In this document: one piece after another, positions 26,054 to 41,219 of the stretch | Position numbering within the stretch: the first letter of the stretch is position 1 | How the letters are laid out: each line of letters opens with the position of its first letter | Source of the DNA: Octopus sinensis | Lineage: Eukaryota | NCBI RefSeq assembly: GCF_006345805.1 | Contig: NC_043003.1 | Coordinates: 95,480,001 to 95,544,000 of the forward strand | Reading direction: 5' to 3' | DNA length: 64,000 nucleotides | Notes under the pieces: generated by a model | Told to the model about the DNA's origin: nothing | Databases searched by the model: none | The model's input: only the letters and a program-made list of their open reading frames with translations | Made by a program: the position numbers and the translations under genes

Positions 26054-27775
26054 CTGAAGAAGAGAGAAAAATTTATGATTATTAACAAAACTAAAATATG
26101 GGATTGTTTGAATTTTGTGAGGGTGGAATAGTGAGTTTATTATAGTACCACAAGACCACCAGAGAAGTCATCTGTTCACATTTGTAACCAAAACTTTTAA
26201 TGGGTTAACTCCTTAGAATTCAAACAATTACATCATCAAAATCTCAAAGCTACAAGATAATGTGTAATTAATTCAAAACAATGTGAATAAATTAAGCATT
26301 ACATTTGACAGAATAGTGTGAATGTTAAAGGGTTAAGTAAGTGCTGCACAAATACAATTAATCATTATAAGTAACAGTTGGATCAGATTGGAGTGGACTG
26401 CCAATGATCAGACCATTGCAGGATCAAGGCCTCAACAATGTCCTCTCCAATAAATCATGGTCCAAGAATGTGAACTCAAGATCATAATGGTTTGATGAGC
26501 CTACACCACCACACTGTCTTGACATGGCTTGGCCGAGGGATTAGGTTTTCTTTCTTTTCTTCTGCGACAGCTACTCTGTAAAAACTTGTGGCTGGACTGC
26601 CAAGATGGATACATCTTGTAAGAAAGTTACAAGTGTTAGACTAACATCCATTCTATGGGGGAGAGGAATCTCACACCTAATTATAGAGAAAACCAAAATA
26701 AACATAGATTTGTAGATATAAGTATTCTATCATTGAAAAAAAATCATTGTTTGTAAATAATTGAAGAAGATTAGGATGACAATAACAGCTGCTGCCAAAG
26801 TGATGACAAGGACAGGCTATTGTGGAACTGAAGAGAGAAAGAGGATTATCTACAAATTCATATTGAACTGGAATTCAAAATTCAATCAGAAGCTGTTTTC
26901 AATTTACATTTCATATTTAATTTTTTTTGTGTTATGTAATTACAGGCTGGCAACATCTTGCCCGATCCATTGGAGTTCTTCAAAATTAAATATTTCAACT
27001 TATATAATAAAACAGTGTGTGTGTGTGTGTGTGTGTGTGTTAAATAATTTTCAGTTTGTTTTTTTATCTTTTCAAGTGCTCCTACAATCACTGGTATTAT
27101 TATTATTATATTATTATTATTATCATAATCATCATCATCATCATTATTTTTGGAGTGATGATATTTATGATGTCGACCGTGGTAATGAGAAGGATGATCA
27201 TCACATTAAGAAGGGAAAAGATGATGATGAGGATAATAATTACATGATTACAACAAAACAAAACAAAAACAAAAAAAAAACCCAACAAAACAAAGGAAAT
27301 ATCTCTGACATGACATATCATAAAAGAGTATTAATAACAACCGAGCGGAGCAGACAGGAACAACAAGACGTCAGAAAGAAGATTACTGCTTAAAGCTATC
27401 AACATCGATGATTCAAGATACAGTTGCATTGATTGTTTATGAAATAAATGTCTCCCTCACTAATAGAATGAATCACCATTAATCACAATTATATGTATTT
27501 TTTTCCTCTCTGTATGGAGGATATTAATATGTCATCATTTGCTATAATATACAAAAGACAATGAACTCAGAATATAGCTAGTGTAAAATGTGTGTGTGTG
27601 TGTGTGTATGTATGTATGAGTGTTTGTGCGTATATATATACACATATTTTTAATGAATGACAACATGATATGATAAAATAAAGTACACTCAATAACAATG
27701 TATAAGGTATGAATGAAATTAAATAGAAGCAGTGGGATGGTCCATTATGCAAACACCAAAACAATACAATACTGC

Positions 27776-27806
<31 letters not shown>

Positions 27807-28244
27807 TTAACTCCTTTTCTAACATGTGCATGTGTGGGGGTGTATATATACACATATATAGTGCACATATACATACACATTATCATCATCGACCTCATCA
27901 TCATTTAATGTCCATTTTCTATGCTGGTATTCATTGGACAAGTTGACAGGATCCAATAGCTGGCAGGATTGTATCAAACCCCAATGTCAACTCTAGCATG
28001 GTTTCTATGGCTGGATGTTCTTGTTTATACCAAGCACTTTACAACATGTACTGGGTGCTTTTTATCATGACACCAGCAGTAGTTAGATCACCAAGCAATT
28101 TGCAAGACAAAGGAAAACAAAAAAAAAAAACCTTCAACTAAGCAGGAAAGTATCTGAGAGACATGAAGTAGCTTCATGCTAGGTGACGAACAGTTAAAGT
28201 ATAATGGAAGGACAAGTGTTTCCTATAGATGAGATAAAGATCAT

Positions 28245-28760
28245 CATCATCATTTAATGTCTGTTTTCCATGTTCACATGGGTTAGATGATTTGCCTGGA
28301 ACTAGAAAGCCAGAGGACTGCACCAGGTTCCAGTCTGATTTGGCATGGTAGCTACAGCTAGATGCCCTTCATAACCCCAGCTACTCTGGGAGTGTAATGG
28401 GTTCTTTTTACATACCACCAGCATGGGTGCCATTTACATGACACCAGCAATGACCATCACTATTATTTCACTTGACTTGATGAGTCTTCTCAAGCATAGC
28501 ATATCGCCAAAAGTCTTGGTCACTAATCATCACCTTCAATTGGCCCAATATTCCAAGATCATGCTTCACCATGTCCCATTTCTTCCTGGGTTTACCTCTT
28601 CCACAGGTTCCCTCCACAGTTACAGATTGGCACTTCTTTACACAGTTGTTCCCATCCATATGCATCACATGACCATACCAGTGCATTCGTCTCTCTTGCA
28701 CACCACATCTGATGCCTCTTATGCCCAATTTTTCTCTCAAGACATTCATGCTTCATCATA
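28245..28760 (-). mobile_element. Decayed RTE 3' end
   Basis: ORF 28468-28749 (LREKLGIRGIRCGVQERRMHWYGHV...GTCGRGKPRKKWD) followed by the 3'UTR. Confidence 0.85.
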
Positions 28761-29622
28761 CAACACATACACACACACACATCTATATAGGCACATATCA
28801 TGACTTTTATCTCTGCCATTCCATGTTTGCAGAATCTGCTCCAACATACCAACCCACCACAAATCACAGACCATTGTCATCTCCAGTAATTTCAAGGGAG
28901 GGGTAAATTGATTACATCCACTCCAGAGCTCAACAGGTACTTATTTTATCAACCCTGAAAGGATGAAAGGTAAAGTTGACCTCAGCAGCATTTGAACTAA
29001 GAATTGTAAGATAGATGAAATACCTATTTCTTTACTGCCCGCAAGGAGCTACACACAGAGGGGACAAACAAGGACAAACAAACGGATTAAGTCGATTACA
29101 TTGACCCCAGTGTGTAACTGGTACTAATTTATCGACCCCGAAAGGATGAAAGGCAAAGTCGACCTCAGCAGAATTTGAACTCAGAATGTAACGGCAGATG
29201 AAATACCACTAAGCATTTCACCTAGCATGTTAAACGATTTTGCTGGCTTGCTGCTTTACATTAATGTAAAATATTAAATATTCCTTTCAATCTATAAAGC
29301 AAAAATACAACAGAAAGTTACTCCTTATGTGACCAAACATTGCTGTTTCATTCCTTAATTTATACATTTAAAAGAGAAGTGACTGGCATACTGTATCAAT
29401 GTAGATATCCAAATATGTAATTTAACAAAGAGAGAAACAGCTGTATAGGTTTACATCATTAGACACAAACACAAACATAGGTAAACTCATATATACACAC
29501 ACACATACACACAGTTTCTTTTTGTTGACCAAATTTTTGCTTCACAAAGTTCTGGTCAAGAAAACTGGATATTTATTAGTCAAGTAAACAAAATACAAGG
29601 TAAATGAGTTAGATATACTGAC

Positions 29623-29682
29623 CTGTACAGATGACCCTGGTATTTTAGTTGCTTTTTAAAATTCTCTTTCATAGATGCATAA
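29623..29682 (-). CDS. FAM135: FAM135 exon (YASMKENFKKQLKYQGHLYS)
   Basis: Acceptor ttttgtAG and donor GTCAGT, 60 nt, phase 2-2. Aligns to the KE....LK..G..YS segment before the hydrolase domain. Confidence 0.9.
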
Positions 29683-30629
29683 CTACAAAAAAAAATACAA
29701 TAATATTAATTAACATCATCATCATCATCAATTAATATCTGTCTTCCATGCTGGCATGGGTTGGATGGTTTGACAGAAGCTGACCAGGCAGAAGACTGCA
29801 CCAAGATTTTCCTAATGCCCTTCCACTTTACAGAGAGGACTAGGTACTTTGTACATGGTACCAGCACAGGTGAGGTCTGTTTTGGAATGGTTTCCAAGGT
29901 TGGATGCCCTTCCTAACATCAACCACTTTACAGAGTTGGCTGGGTGGTGATAATATTAATTTCTTACACTGGCACAAAGTCACAAATTTCTTTATGCAAG
30001 AAGGACAAATTTAATTGAAATCAATTTTCAGTATATTACTGGTACTTATTTTATCAACCATAACAGGATGAATGACGAAATCAACATCAATAGCCTTTGA
30101 TCTCTGAATACAAAAATTGTGACTAAATGCCACATTACATTTCATCAGGCACTTTGTAGATTCTTCTATCTACCCTCCTCATCATCATCATCTTCATCAT
30201 CATCATCGTTTAACACCCATTTTCCATGCTAGCATGGGTTGGACGATTCAACTGGGGTCTGGGAAGCCAGGAGGCTGCACCAGGCTCCAGTCTGATCTGG
30301 CAGTGTTTCTACAGCTAGATGCCCTTCTTAGCGCCAACCACTCTGTGAGTGTAGTGGGTGCTTTTTACGTGCCACCGGCGCAGGAGTCAGAGGAGGCTGG
30401 CAAAGGGCCACGATCGGTTGGTACTTTTTACATGTCACTGACACGGACGCCAGTCAGGCAGCACTGGCATCAGCCACGATTGGTTGGTGCTTTTTACATG
30501 CCACCGGCAACTTGCGGTAATAACATAAATAGTAATTTTTAGCATAGGCACAAGGCTATGTATTTATCAGGAAGATTTAAATCAACCCTAGTATTTGACC
30601 GGTAAATCATTTTTATCATCCCTGAAAAA

Positions 30630-31955
30630 AAAATAAAAGACAAAGCTGGCAGAATTGTCAGCACATCAGATGAAATGCTTAGCAGCAGTTTGTCCGATTT
30701 TATGTTTTGAGTTCAAATGTCTCCAAAGTTTGACTTTCATCTTGTTTGGTTTGGGACTTGAACTTTCAATGTAGAGGGTCATAACGAAATACTGCAAGGC
30801 AATTTGTCTGATTCTCTGATGATTCTGTCAAGCCACTATTTACTACATTAGCACAGAACTAAACACCTGCAAGAGACAGAGATAGTTATTTGAAACAAGT
30901 AACTATTTTATTGTACTTATTTTATCAAGCTTGAAAAAATAATATAAAGTTGGTCCTGGTAAGATTTGAACTCAGAATAAAAACAGCACAGGCATTTTGA
31001 CTGATCTTTGATTCATGTTTGCCATTCATTACCTTAATGATAACAACAACAACAATAGCCAGTAATTTTAGGGAAGTGGGTATGTTGATTAAACTGACCC
31101 CAGTGCTCAACTGGTCCTTATTTCATCGATCCTGAAAGGATGAAAGGCAAAGTCAATCTCAGCAATATTTGAACCTAGAAGCCAAAGACAGAAGAAATAT
31201 CACTAAGCATTTTGTCTGACGCACTAATGATTCTACCAGCTAACCAACTTAATAATCTTTCCTATTATAGGCACAAGGCCTGAAATTTGGGGAGTGGGGC
31301 TAGTCGATTACATCGACCCCAGTGCTTAACTGGTATTTATTTCATCAACTCCAAAAAGATGAAAGGCAGCCAGAATGTAGAGATGCAGCTCAATGCCTTA
31401 ATAATAATAATAATAATAATAATGATAATAATAATAATCCTTTCTACTGGAAGCACAAGGCCTCAAATTTGGAGGAAGGGATTAATTCAATTACATTGAC
31501 CCCAGTTTGTATCTGGTACTTGTTTAATCGACCCCAAAAATATGAGAGATAAAGTTGACACCGGTGGAATTTGAACTCAGAACGTAGCAGCAGACGAAAT
31601 ACCGTTAAGCATTTCGCTCAGCGTGCTAACAATTCTGCCAGCTCACCATCTTCATAATCCTTAAATCCTTAAAAATGTTTTAGCCCGAAGGCTGCGGCCA
31701 TGCTGGGGCACCACCGCTGTATAAGAATAAGAATAATCCTTTCTACGATAGGCACAAGGCCTGAAATTTTGGAGGGTAGGAAAAGTCGATCAAATCAAAT
31801 CCAGTGCTCAACTGGTCCTTATTTTATTGACCCTGAAAGAAAAAAAGGCAAAGTCAACCCCAGCAGAATTTGAATTCAAAACCTAAAGACAGAGGAAATG
31901 CCAGCAAGCATTTCACCCAGCTTACTGACAAATTTGCCAACTTGCCACCACCTTA
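30630..31955 (-). mobile_element. Cluster of several diverged Meta-like SINE copies (mostly - strand)
   Basis: Repeated gaaaggatgaaaggcaaagtc...atttgaactcagaa and ataggcacaaggcctgaaattt motifs. Confidence 0.7.
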
Positions 31956-32164
31956 AATTAGAATGATGATGTTGATTCTTTTATTTAATGAAGGCAATTA
32001 AATAAAGAACAAACCAATACAAAAATACAAATATACAAATGAACATATACAGAGCTATGAATTTCAAAGAAGCATATATTGATAAATCAGATCTAGTATC
32101 TGACAGACACTTTCATTAAGAAGTACTACTAAAAGTGGGTGGTAGGTGAGTAATCTTAATATAT

Positions 32165-32381
32165 ACTCTTTACTTTTTACTTGTTTCAGTCATTTGACTG
32201 CGGCCATGCTGGAGCACCGCCTTTTAGTCGAGCAAATCGACCCCGGGACTTATTCTTTGTAAGCCCCCAGTACTTATTCTATCGGTCTCTTTTGCCGAAC
32301 CGCTAAGTGACAGGGACGTAAACACACTAGCATCGGTTGTCAAGCAATGCTAGGGGGACAAACACAGACACACAAACATAT

Positions 32382-32430
<49 letters not shown>

Positions 32431-32596
32431 CATATATACGACAGGCTTCTTTCAGTTTCCGTCTACCAAATCCACTCACAAGGCATTGGTCAGCCCGGGG
32501 CTATAGCAGAAGACACTTGCCCAAGATGCCACGCAGTGGGACTGAACCCGGAACCATGTGGTTGGTTAGCAAGCTACTTACCACACAGCCACTCCT
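32165..32596 (-). mobile_element. CORE-like tRNA SINE
   Basis: Near-identical to 13481-13894. Confidence 0.85.
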
Positions 32597-32846
32597 ATAA
32601 AAGTAATCATTACATTGTCACAACAGCCATTTAAAACAGCTTTTATTTTGTGACCGTTTTGTATGCTACAAACTAGAAGAAATGTAGACATGGCTTGAAG
32701 TGCAGATATGGCCGTGTGGTTAAGAAGCTTGCTGCCCAACCACATGGTTTCAGTTTCAGTCCCAATCAGTGGTACTTAAGTGTCGTCTGCTTTAGCTCCG
32801 AGTTGACCAAAACCTTGCCAATGTACTTTGTAGACAGAAACTAAAA

Positions 32847-33076
32847 GGCGGCAAGCTGGCAGAATCGTTAGCACACCGGGCGAAATGCTTAGCGGTATTT
32901 CATCTGCTGCTACATTCTGAGTTCAAATTCCGCTGAGGTCGACTTTGCCTTTCATCCTTTCGGGGTCGATTAAATAAGTACCAGTTACGTACTGGGGTCG
33001 ATATAATCGACTCAATCCGTTTGTCTGTCCTTGTTTGTCCTCTGTGTTTAGCCCCTTGTGGGTAGTAAAGAAATAA
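32847..33076 (+). mobile_element. Meta-like tRNA SINE nested in an older CORE-like SINE, with TSD
   Basis: AGAAACTAAAAG on both flanks. Core gtcgactttgcctttcatcctttcggggtcgat. Confidence 0.85.
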
Positions 33077-33377
33077 GAAACTAAAAGAATCCTGTTGTGT
33101 GTGTATGTGTGTGCATGCAAGTGCATATATGTGTATATGTGTGTGTGTGCATCCATGGGTGTGTGTGTGTTTATGTCACCTAGTGTTGACATTGCACAAC
33201 AGTTGTTAACAACTGTCGCCCTCATAGAAGTGGTGTCATCCATTTCCTATTTTCCTCAGAAACATATATTATCATGGGGGAATATTACCTTACCTGGAAA
33301 CATAGGAGTCAGTAACAGGAACAACATTTGGCTACAGAAAATCTGCCTCAGCAAAATTCCATCTGATTAGACACTAA

Positions 33378-33598
33378 CCCTTTCATTACTGTATTTATTT
33401 TGAGATGCTCTGTGTTTCTTTCAATTACTTTAAATATAACAAAGAATTTAGTAAAATAACTTAGTTATCATTCAGCCAGTGTTAGGAACATAAATTGTGA
33501 CTAAGGTTTGGTGGAAGATTTTAATTCAAGACTTATGAAAACAAGACCTTTGTACTACAGAGCCAGAGTCAGTTTCAGCTGGGTTGGTATCGAAAGGG
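33378..33598. mobile_element. piggyBac-like MITE (CCCTTTC...GAAAGGG with TTAA-type flanks); further copies at ~46605-46812 and 63816-64000
   Basis: Short TIRs, (C/T)TAA and TTAA flanks, and three dispersed copies in this window. Confidence 0.7.
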
Positions 33599-35457
33599 TT
33601 AAAGCAGTGGTGTGGTGGTGGTGGTGGTGGTGGTGTGGAGATTCTAAGATAGAATTCCTTCAATTCAAAGACAGCTATTGGTCAGTTTTCTAAAGACCAT
33701 GAAGGAGAAGTGTTTTCTTGATCTAATTTCTTGAATTAAATGTTGTTGTTTCTTTTTGTGTGTGTTTAAGAAATAATCTTTCAGGTAGTTGATGTTGTAC
33801 TTGGTTACCTACAATCCAGTAACTGACATGTAATAGGAGTATTCTGTCTGCCACATGGCCAGGTACTATTTCAAAACAACAGCCAACAGCCAAAGACAGA
33901 TCATAGTCGTAGTCAACAATAGTGATGTACAAATTTGTACATCATCTTGTTCATGATTCAGAATGAAGTTTATGTCTTTCCCATAATTTAATTATATAAA
34001 TGTTGTTGTATCATTTATTCACCAATTAACTTTCTTATCCTCCCCACCACCACTCCTTTCTGATAGTAAGATATCCTTGTATCCCTGAAGAGGAAAAGAC
34101 AATGGTATGAGAAAAAGAAAATTAGATGAGTTGAACAGGTCCAGTTTGCAGAACTAACAAATAAATATATCTATTTATGTATTCGCTGCACTTCATTTAA
34201 TCAATTTCTGAATATCCATTTTAAGTCAACTATACACAAATTAGAAGAAAATAACTTTGATTTAAATATACAATAAAGATCTTGATATAATAATCATCCT
34301 TGAAGCTATGCCGATGAGGCATACATATCAAAACATGTCTGCAGATAATAGAAAGAATCCTTTGCATACACACGATATAATAGAATTTCACTTTGAGTGC
34401 ATTAATTACCTGTATCCTTGAAGAGGAAAAGAGAGTGGAGGATAACTATAGTACCCAGCTACCGGAAGAGAATAAAGAGTAAGGAAATGACGTGATGAGC
34501 GAATGAAATAATACTTTACTAATTACTTAATAACTTCCGTCATTACTTATGGAACTGATTAACCCTTCTGCTGTATTTTTGTTGGAATGCACTACTTTTG
34601 TTATTATTGGTTTCAAGTTTTAGCACAAGGCCAGTCATTTTGGAGAGGAGAGGAGGTAAGTTGATGACATCGACCACAGTGTTCAACTGGTTCTTATTTT
34701 ATCAACTCCAAAAGGATGAAAAGCAAAGCTGACCTCAGAGGAATTTGAAACCAGAATGCAAAGACAAACGAAATGCCACTAAGCATTTTGCCTGGCATGC
34801 TAACATTTCTGACAGCTCACTGTCTTTACTTTTGTCATTATTAAGCTGGTATTTGGGACATAAGGAGGCACATGGCCTAGTGGTTAGAGCAGCGGACTCG
34901 TGGTTGAAGGATCATGGGTTCAAATCTCAGACCAGCTCCACGTGGCTCCGGCAGAAGGTAATGGCAAACTTCTTCCACAGAAAATTGGAAAAGAAAGCCC
35001 CACTTACATGACAGTGATGCTTATTTACAGCCATAATGTGATGTCAAGACAAATAAATAAAAACACACTCTCCCACACACACACACATACATACATACAT
35101 GCGTGTGTGTATGTGTGTAAGATATATATAAGTCCACTCTGCTGAGTGGTTGGTGTTAGGAAGGGCATCCAGCTGTAAAGATCCTGCCAAAACAGTCACA
35201 GAAGTCTAGTGCAGGCTTTGGCTTGGCTGGCTCTTGTGATACCATCCCACCCATGCTAACATGGAAGACAGACGTTAACGATGATGATATATTACATACG
35301 TGTGTGTATATGAATATACACACAATCACCACAAACACCACACACAAACATGCATATATGTGTCTATATATGTTTAAATATACATGTGCACGCATGTATA
35401 TAAATAATATATTAGATATCTACATGCATGTGTGTGTGTGTGTGCATATATATATAT

Positions 35458-35660
35458 AGCACGGATTTTTGTCAGTGAACAGGTCACGGTCTTAAAGCGC
35501 CGAAAATATTTTGACAAATTAAACTTAAATGTGGAAGTGAATCGAACGGCTTTTGTGTGTTTCTTAAATGGCTTACAAACACCTTCCATGCTGCAATTGT
35601 TTTCGTTTCAGCACACGATCTCAGATCAAATCACTTGTTATGCAAGTACATCTCCAAAAT
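35458..35660 (+). mobile_element. Penelope-like terminal fragment with a G3-C8 hammerhead motif (35468-35518)
   Basis: Same family as 48317-48634, embedded in (TA)n. Confidence 0.6.
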
Positions 35661-35980
35661 ATTTATATATATATATATATCTCTTCTTTTGGTTTCTGTC
35701 CACCAAATCTGCTTGCAAGGCTTTGGTTAACTCCGAAGATATAAAAGACACTTGCTCAAGGTACCACATAGTGGGACTGAACTTGAAGCCAAATGGTTGG
35801 GAAGCAAACTTCTTCGCCACACAACCATGCCTGCACCTATAATCACAGAACCATTAGGATATTGTGTTGGCCACTGAATAACAAATTGGTCAGTTGACAT
35901 CCACTGTCTAACACAACATACATGTGTATTGACATAACTTTTAGTGTCATGTAACATGTCACAATTTCCTCATCAGTCAA

Positions 35981-36031
<51 letters not shown>

Positions 36032-36166
36032 GAGGGCATTATACATACATGCCAGAAGGCATTATACATACATGCCAAACGCTAAGAGGGACAATCAGTC
36101 ATTTCTACCAAAAATATTACTAATCCCACCGAATGCAATTTTTCAAAGTAAGACATTTAAAAATAT

Positions 36167-36214
36167 AGACCTGTATCACAGTGATTTCATACTTACGTAA
36201 TCATCAGCAGGCCT
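36167..36214 (-). ncRNA. Type I hammerhead ribozyme motif
   Basis: AGGCCTG-CTGATGA-tTAC gtaa GTAt-GAA-ATCActgTGAT-A-CAGGTCT. All three stems and the core are present, but the stem II closing pair is a U-U mismatch. Confidence 0.65.
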
Positions 36215-36318
36215 GAATGTATTATAAATATATATATTATAAATATATATATATATATATATAATATATTATCAATATCTGACTATATTTCATTTAAAAG
36301 AAAGGAATGAATTACATA

Positions 36319-36483
36319 GGCACAGGAGTGGCTGTGTGGTAAGTAGCTTGCTAACCAACCACATGGTTCCGGGTTCAGTCTCATTGTGTGGCATCTTGGG
36401 CAAGTGTCTTCTGCTATAGCCCCGGACCGACCAATGCCTTGTGAGTGGATTTGGTAGACGGAAACTGAAAGAAGCCTGTCGTA

Positions 36484-36552
<69 letters not shown>

Positions 36553-36763
36553 TTGTGTGTCTGTGTTTGTCCCCCTAGCATTGCTTGACAACCGATGCTG
36601 GTGTGTTTAAGTCCCCGTCACTTAGCGGTTCCGCAAAAGAGACCGATAGAATAAGTACTAGGCTTACAAAGAATAAGTCCCGGGGTCGATTCGCTCGACT
36701 AAAGGTAGTGCTCCAGCATGGCCGCAGTCAAATGACTGAAACAAGTAAAAGAGTAAAGAGTAA
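36319..36763 (+). mobile_element. CORE-like tRNA SINE
   Basis: Reverse complement of the family at 13481-13894. Confidence 0.85.
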
Positions 36764-37707
36764 TACGGACTTAGGAGTGAAAGAGAAAATGGAAAGAGAT
36801 CAGGTTTTACATATCAAACCCTTTTACATGTCAAATAAAGAAGAGCTATGTAAGTGAAATGAGGTTCATTACAAGAACTTTAATATATTTATTAGCATAC
36901 TTAAATATCAATTTGTTCATGTTTTTCATTCTCTTTCTTCTTATATTCATCTGTCACACTAAATACACAGTCATAAAACAGAGGAAATATACAGTTAGTT
37001 TAATAAACATTCATACTGTACAGTAGCAGAGAGCAAATAATGCTGGCTAAGTGAGCCTAAAAATCTCCCTCTCATTGCTTCGTACCTGTAAAAGGAAATG
37101 CATTATCTTAGTCTATCTGGTTGAATATAAATATCTCAGATGAGACAGAGTGATCAGTAGAAGTGAACACAGTCATTTTGGACATTACAAAAGGGAGCCC
37201 ATAGCTACTACCTTCATCAAATTGAATAATTCAGTCTATATACAGTGTTTGTAAGAGGTATTTCTAAGCCAGACCACCTGATAAAAATAGCTAATGCAAG
37301 CTTTGAAATCATAAATTCCTCTGATTACCTGTATCAAATTTAATCATTCGTAAGCCACAAAGCATGAGGTGGCAGTGGGCAGAGATTATGCATCTGTGAA
37401 ATACATGAATTCTATATTAAATAACATATTATTCACTGTTACTAATAGCAGAGTGGATGAATGTGAGCCAGGTAGAAGATAAATGAAATTGCAGAAAGGA
37501 TCTATCATTGAAGATGATGATGGTGTTGAGGGAGATATTTGTATCACCTGAGATAGTTAAGTTATAATGACATTTCTTATATGCCATGCGTCTGTGGCAG
37601 TTGGGAAAAGCAAACTGTAAGAGTGATGGAAAAGTTAAGGAAAAATAAAATGGAAGGCATGGGCTTCACACTCTAAGAATATACACAAAATGAATGAGAG
37701 AGAACAA

Positions 37708-37710
37708 CAT

Positions 37711-37741
<31 letters not shown>

Positions 37742-38110
37742 AGAGAGAAAGTGTGTGTGGGAGAGAGAGAGAGAGTGTGAGAGAGAGAGAGAGAGAGAGA
37801 GTGTGTGTGAGAGAGAAAGAGAGAGAGAGAGAGTGTGTGTGTGAGAGAAAGAGAGAGAGTGTGTGTGTGAGAGAAAGAGAGAGAGAGAGAAAGTGTGTGT
37901 GAGAGAGAAAGAGAGAGAGAGAGTGTGTGTGTGAGAGAGAAAGAGAGAGAAAGTGTGTGTGAGAGAAAGAGAGAGAGAGAGAGTGAATGAGTGAGAGAAA
38001 GAGAGAGAGAGAGTGTATGTGTGAGAGAAAGAGAGAGAGAGAGAAAGTGTGTGTGAGAGAAAGAGAGAGAAAGTGTGTGTGTGTGTGAGAGAGAGAGAGA
38101 GAAAGTGTGT

Positions 38111-38159
<49 letters not shown>

Positions 38160-38229
38160 GTGTGTGAGAGAGAAGAGAGAGAGAGAGAGAGAGAAAGTGT
38201 GTGTGTGAGAGAAAGAGAGAGAGAGAGAG
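37708..38229. repeat. Compound (GA)n/(GT)n microsatellite with a ~30-bp higher-order period
   Basis: Repeated gtgtgtgtgagagagaaagagagagagaga units. Confidence 0.95.
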
Positions 38230-38326
38230 TTCCTTCATGCACATATATCTATACGCATATCTTAAAATATGTGTGTATTTATTATATAAAATCCAGAACC
38301 ATTTCACTTGATATCCATCCTTCATT

Positions 38327-41219
<2,893 letters not shown>

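Noticed and set aside
26761-27393. 210-aa ORF
   Set aside because: It runs through (TG)n, (TAT)n and (CAT)n repeats and contains no recognisable domain.
34305-34345. Hammerhead-like CCGATGA...AAAACATGTC
   Set aside because: Core changes and poor stems I and II make it at best a decayed relic.
35925-35982. Minus-strand CTGATGA near an imperfect stem
   Set aside because: There is no GAAA and no convincing stem II.
37328-37620. Several AG/GT-bounded segments near the candidate exon
   Set aside because: Their phases are inconsistent or they contain early stops, and I see no homology.
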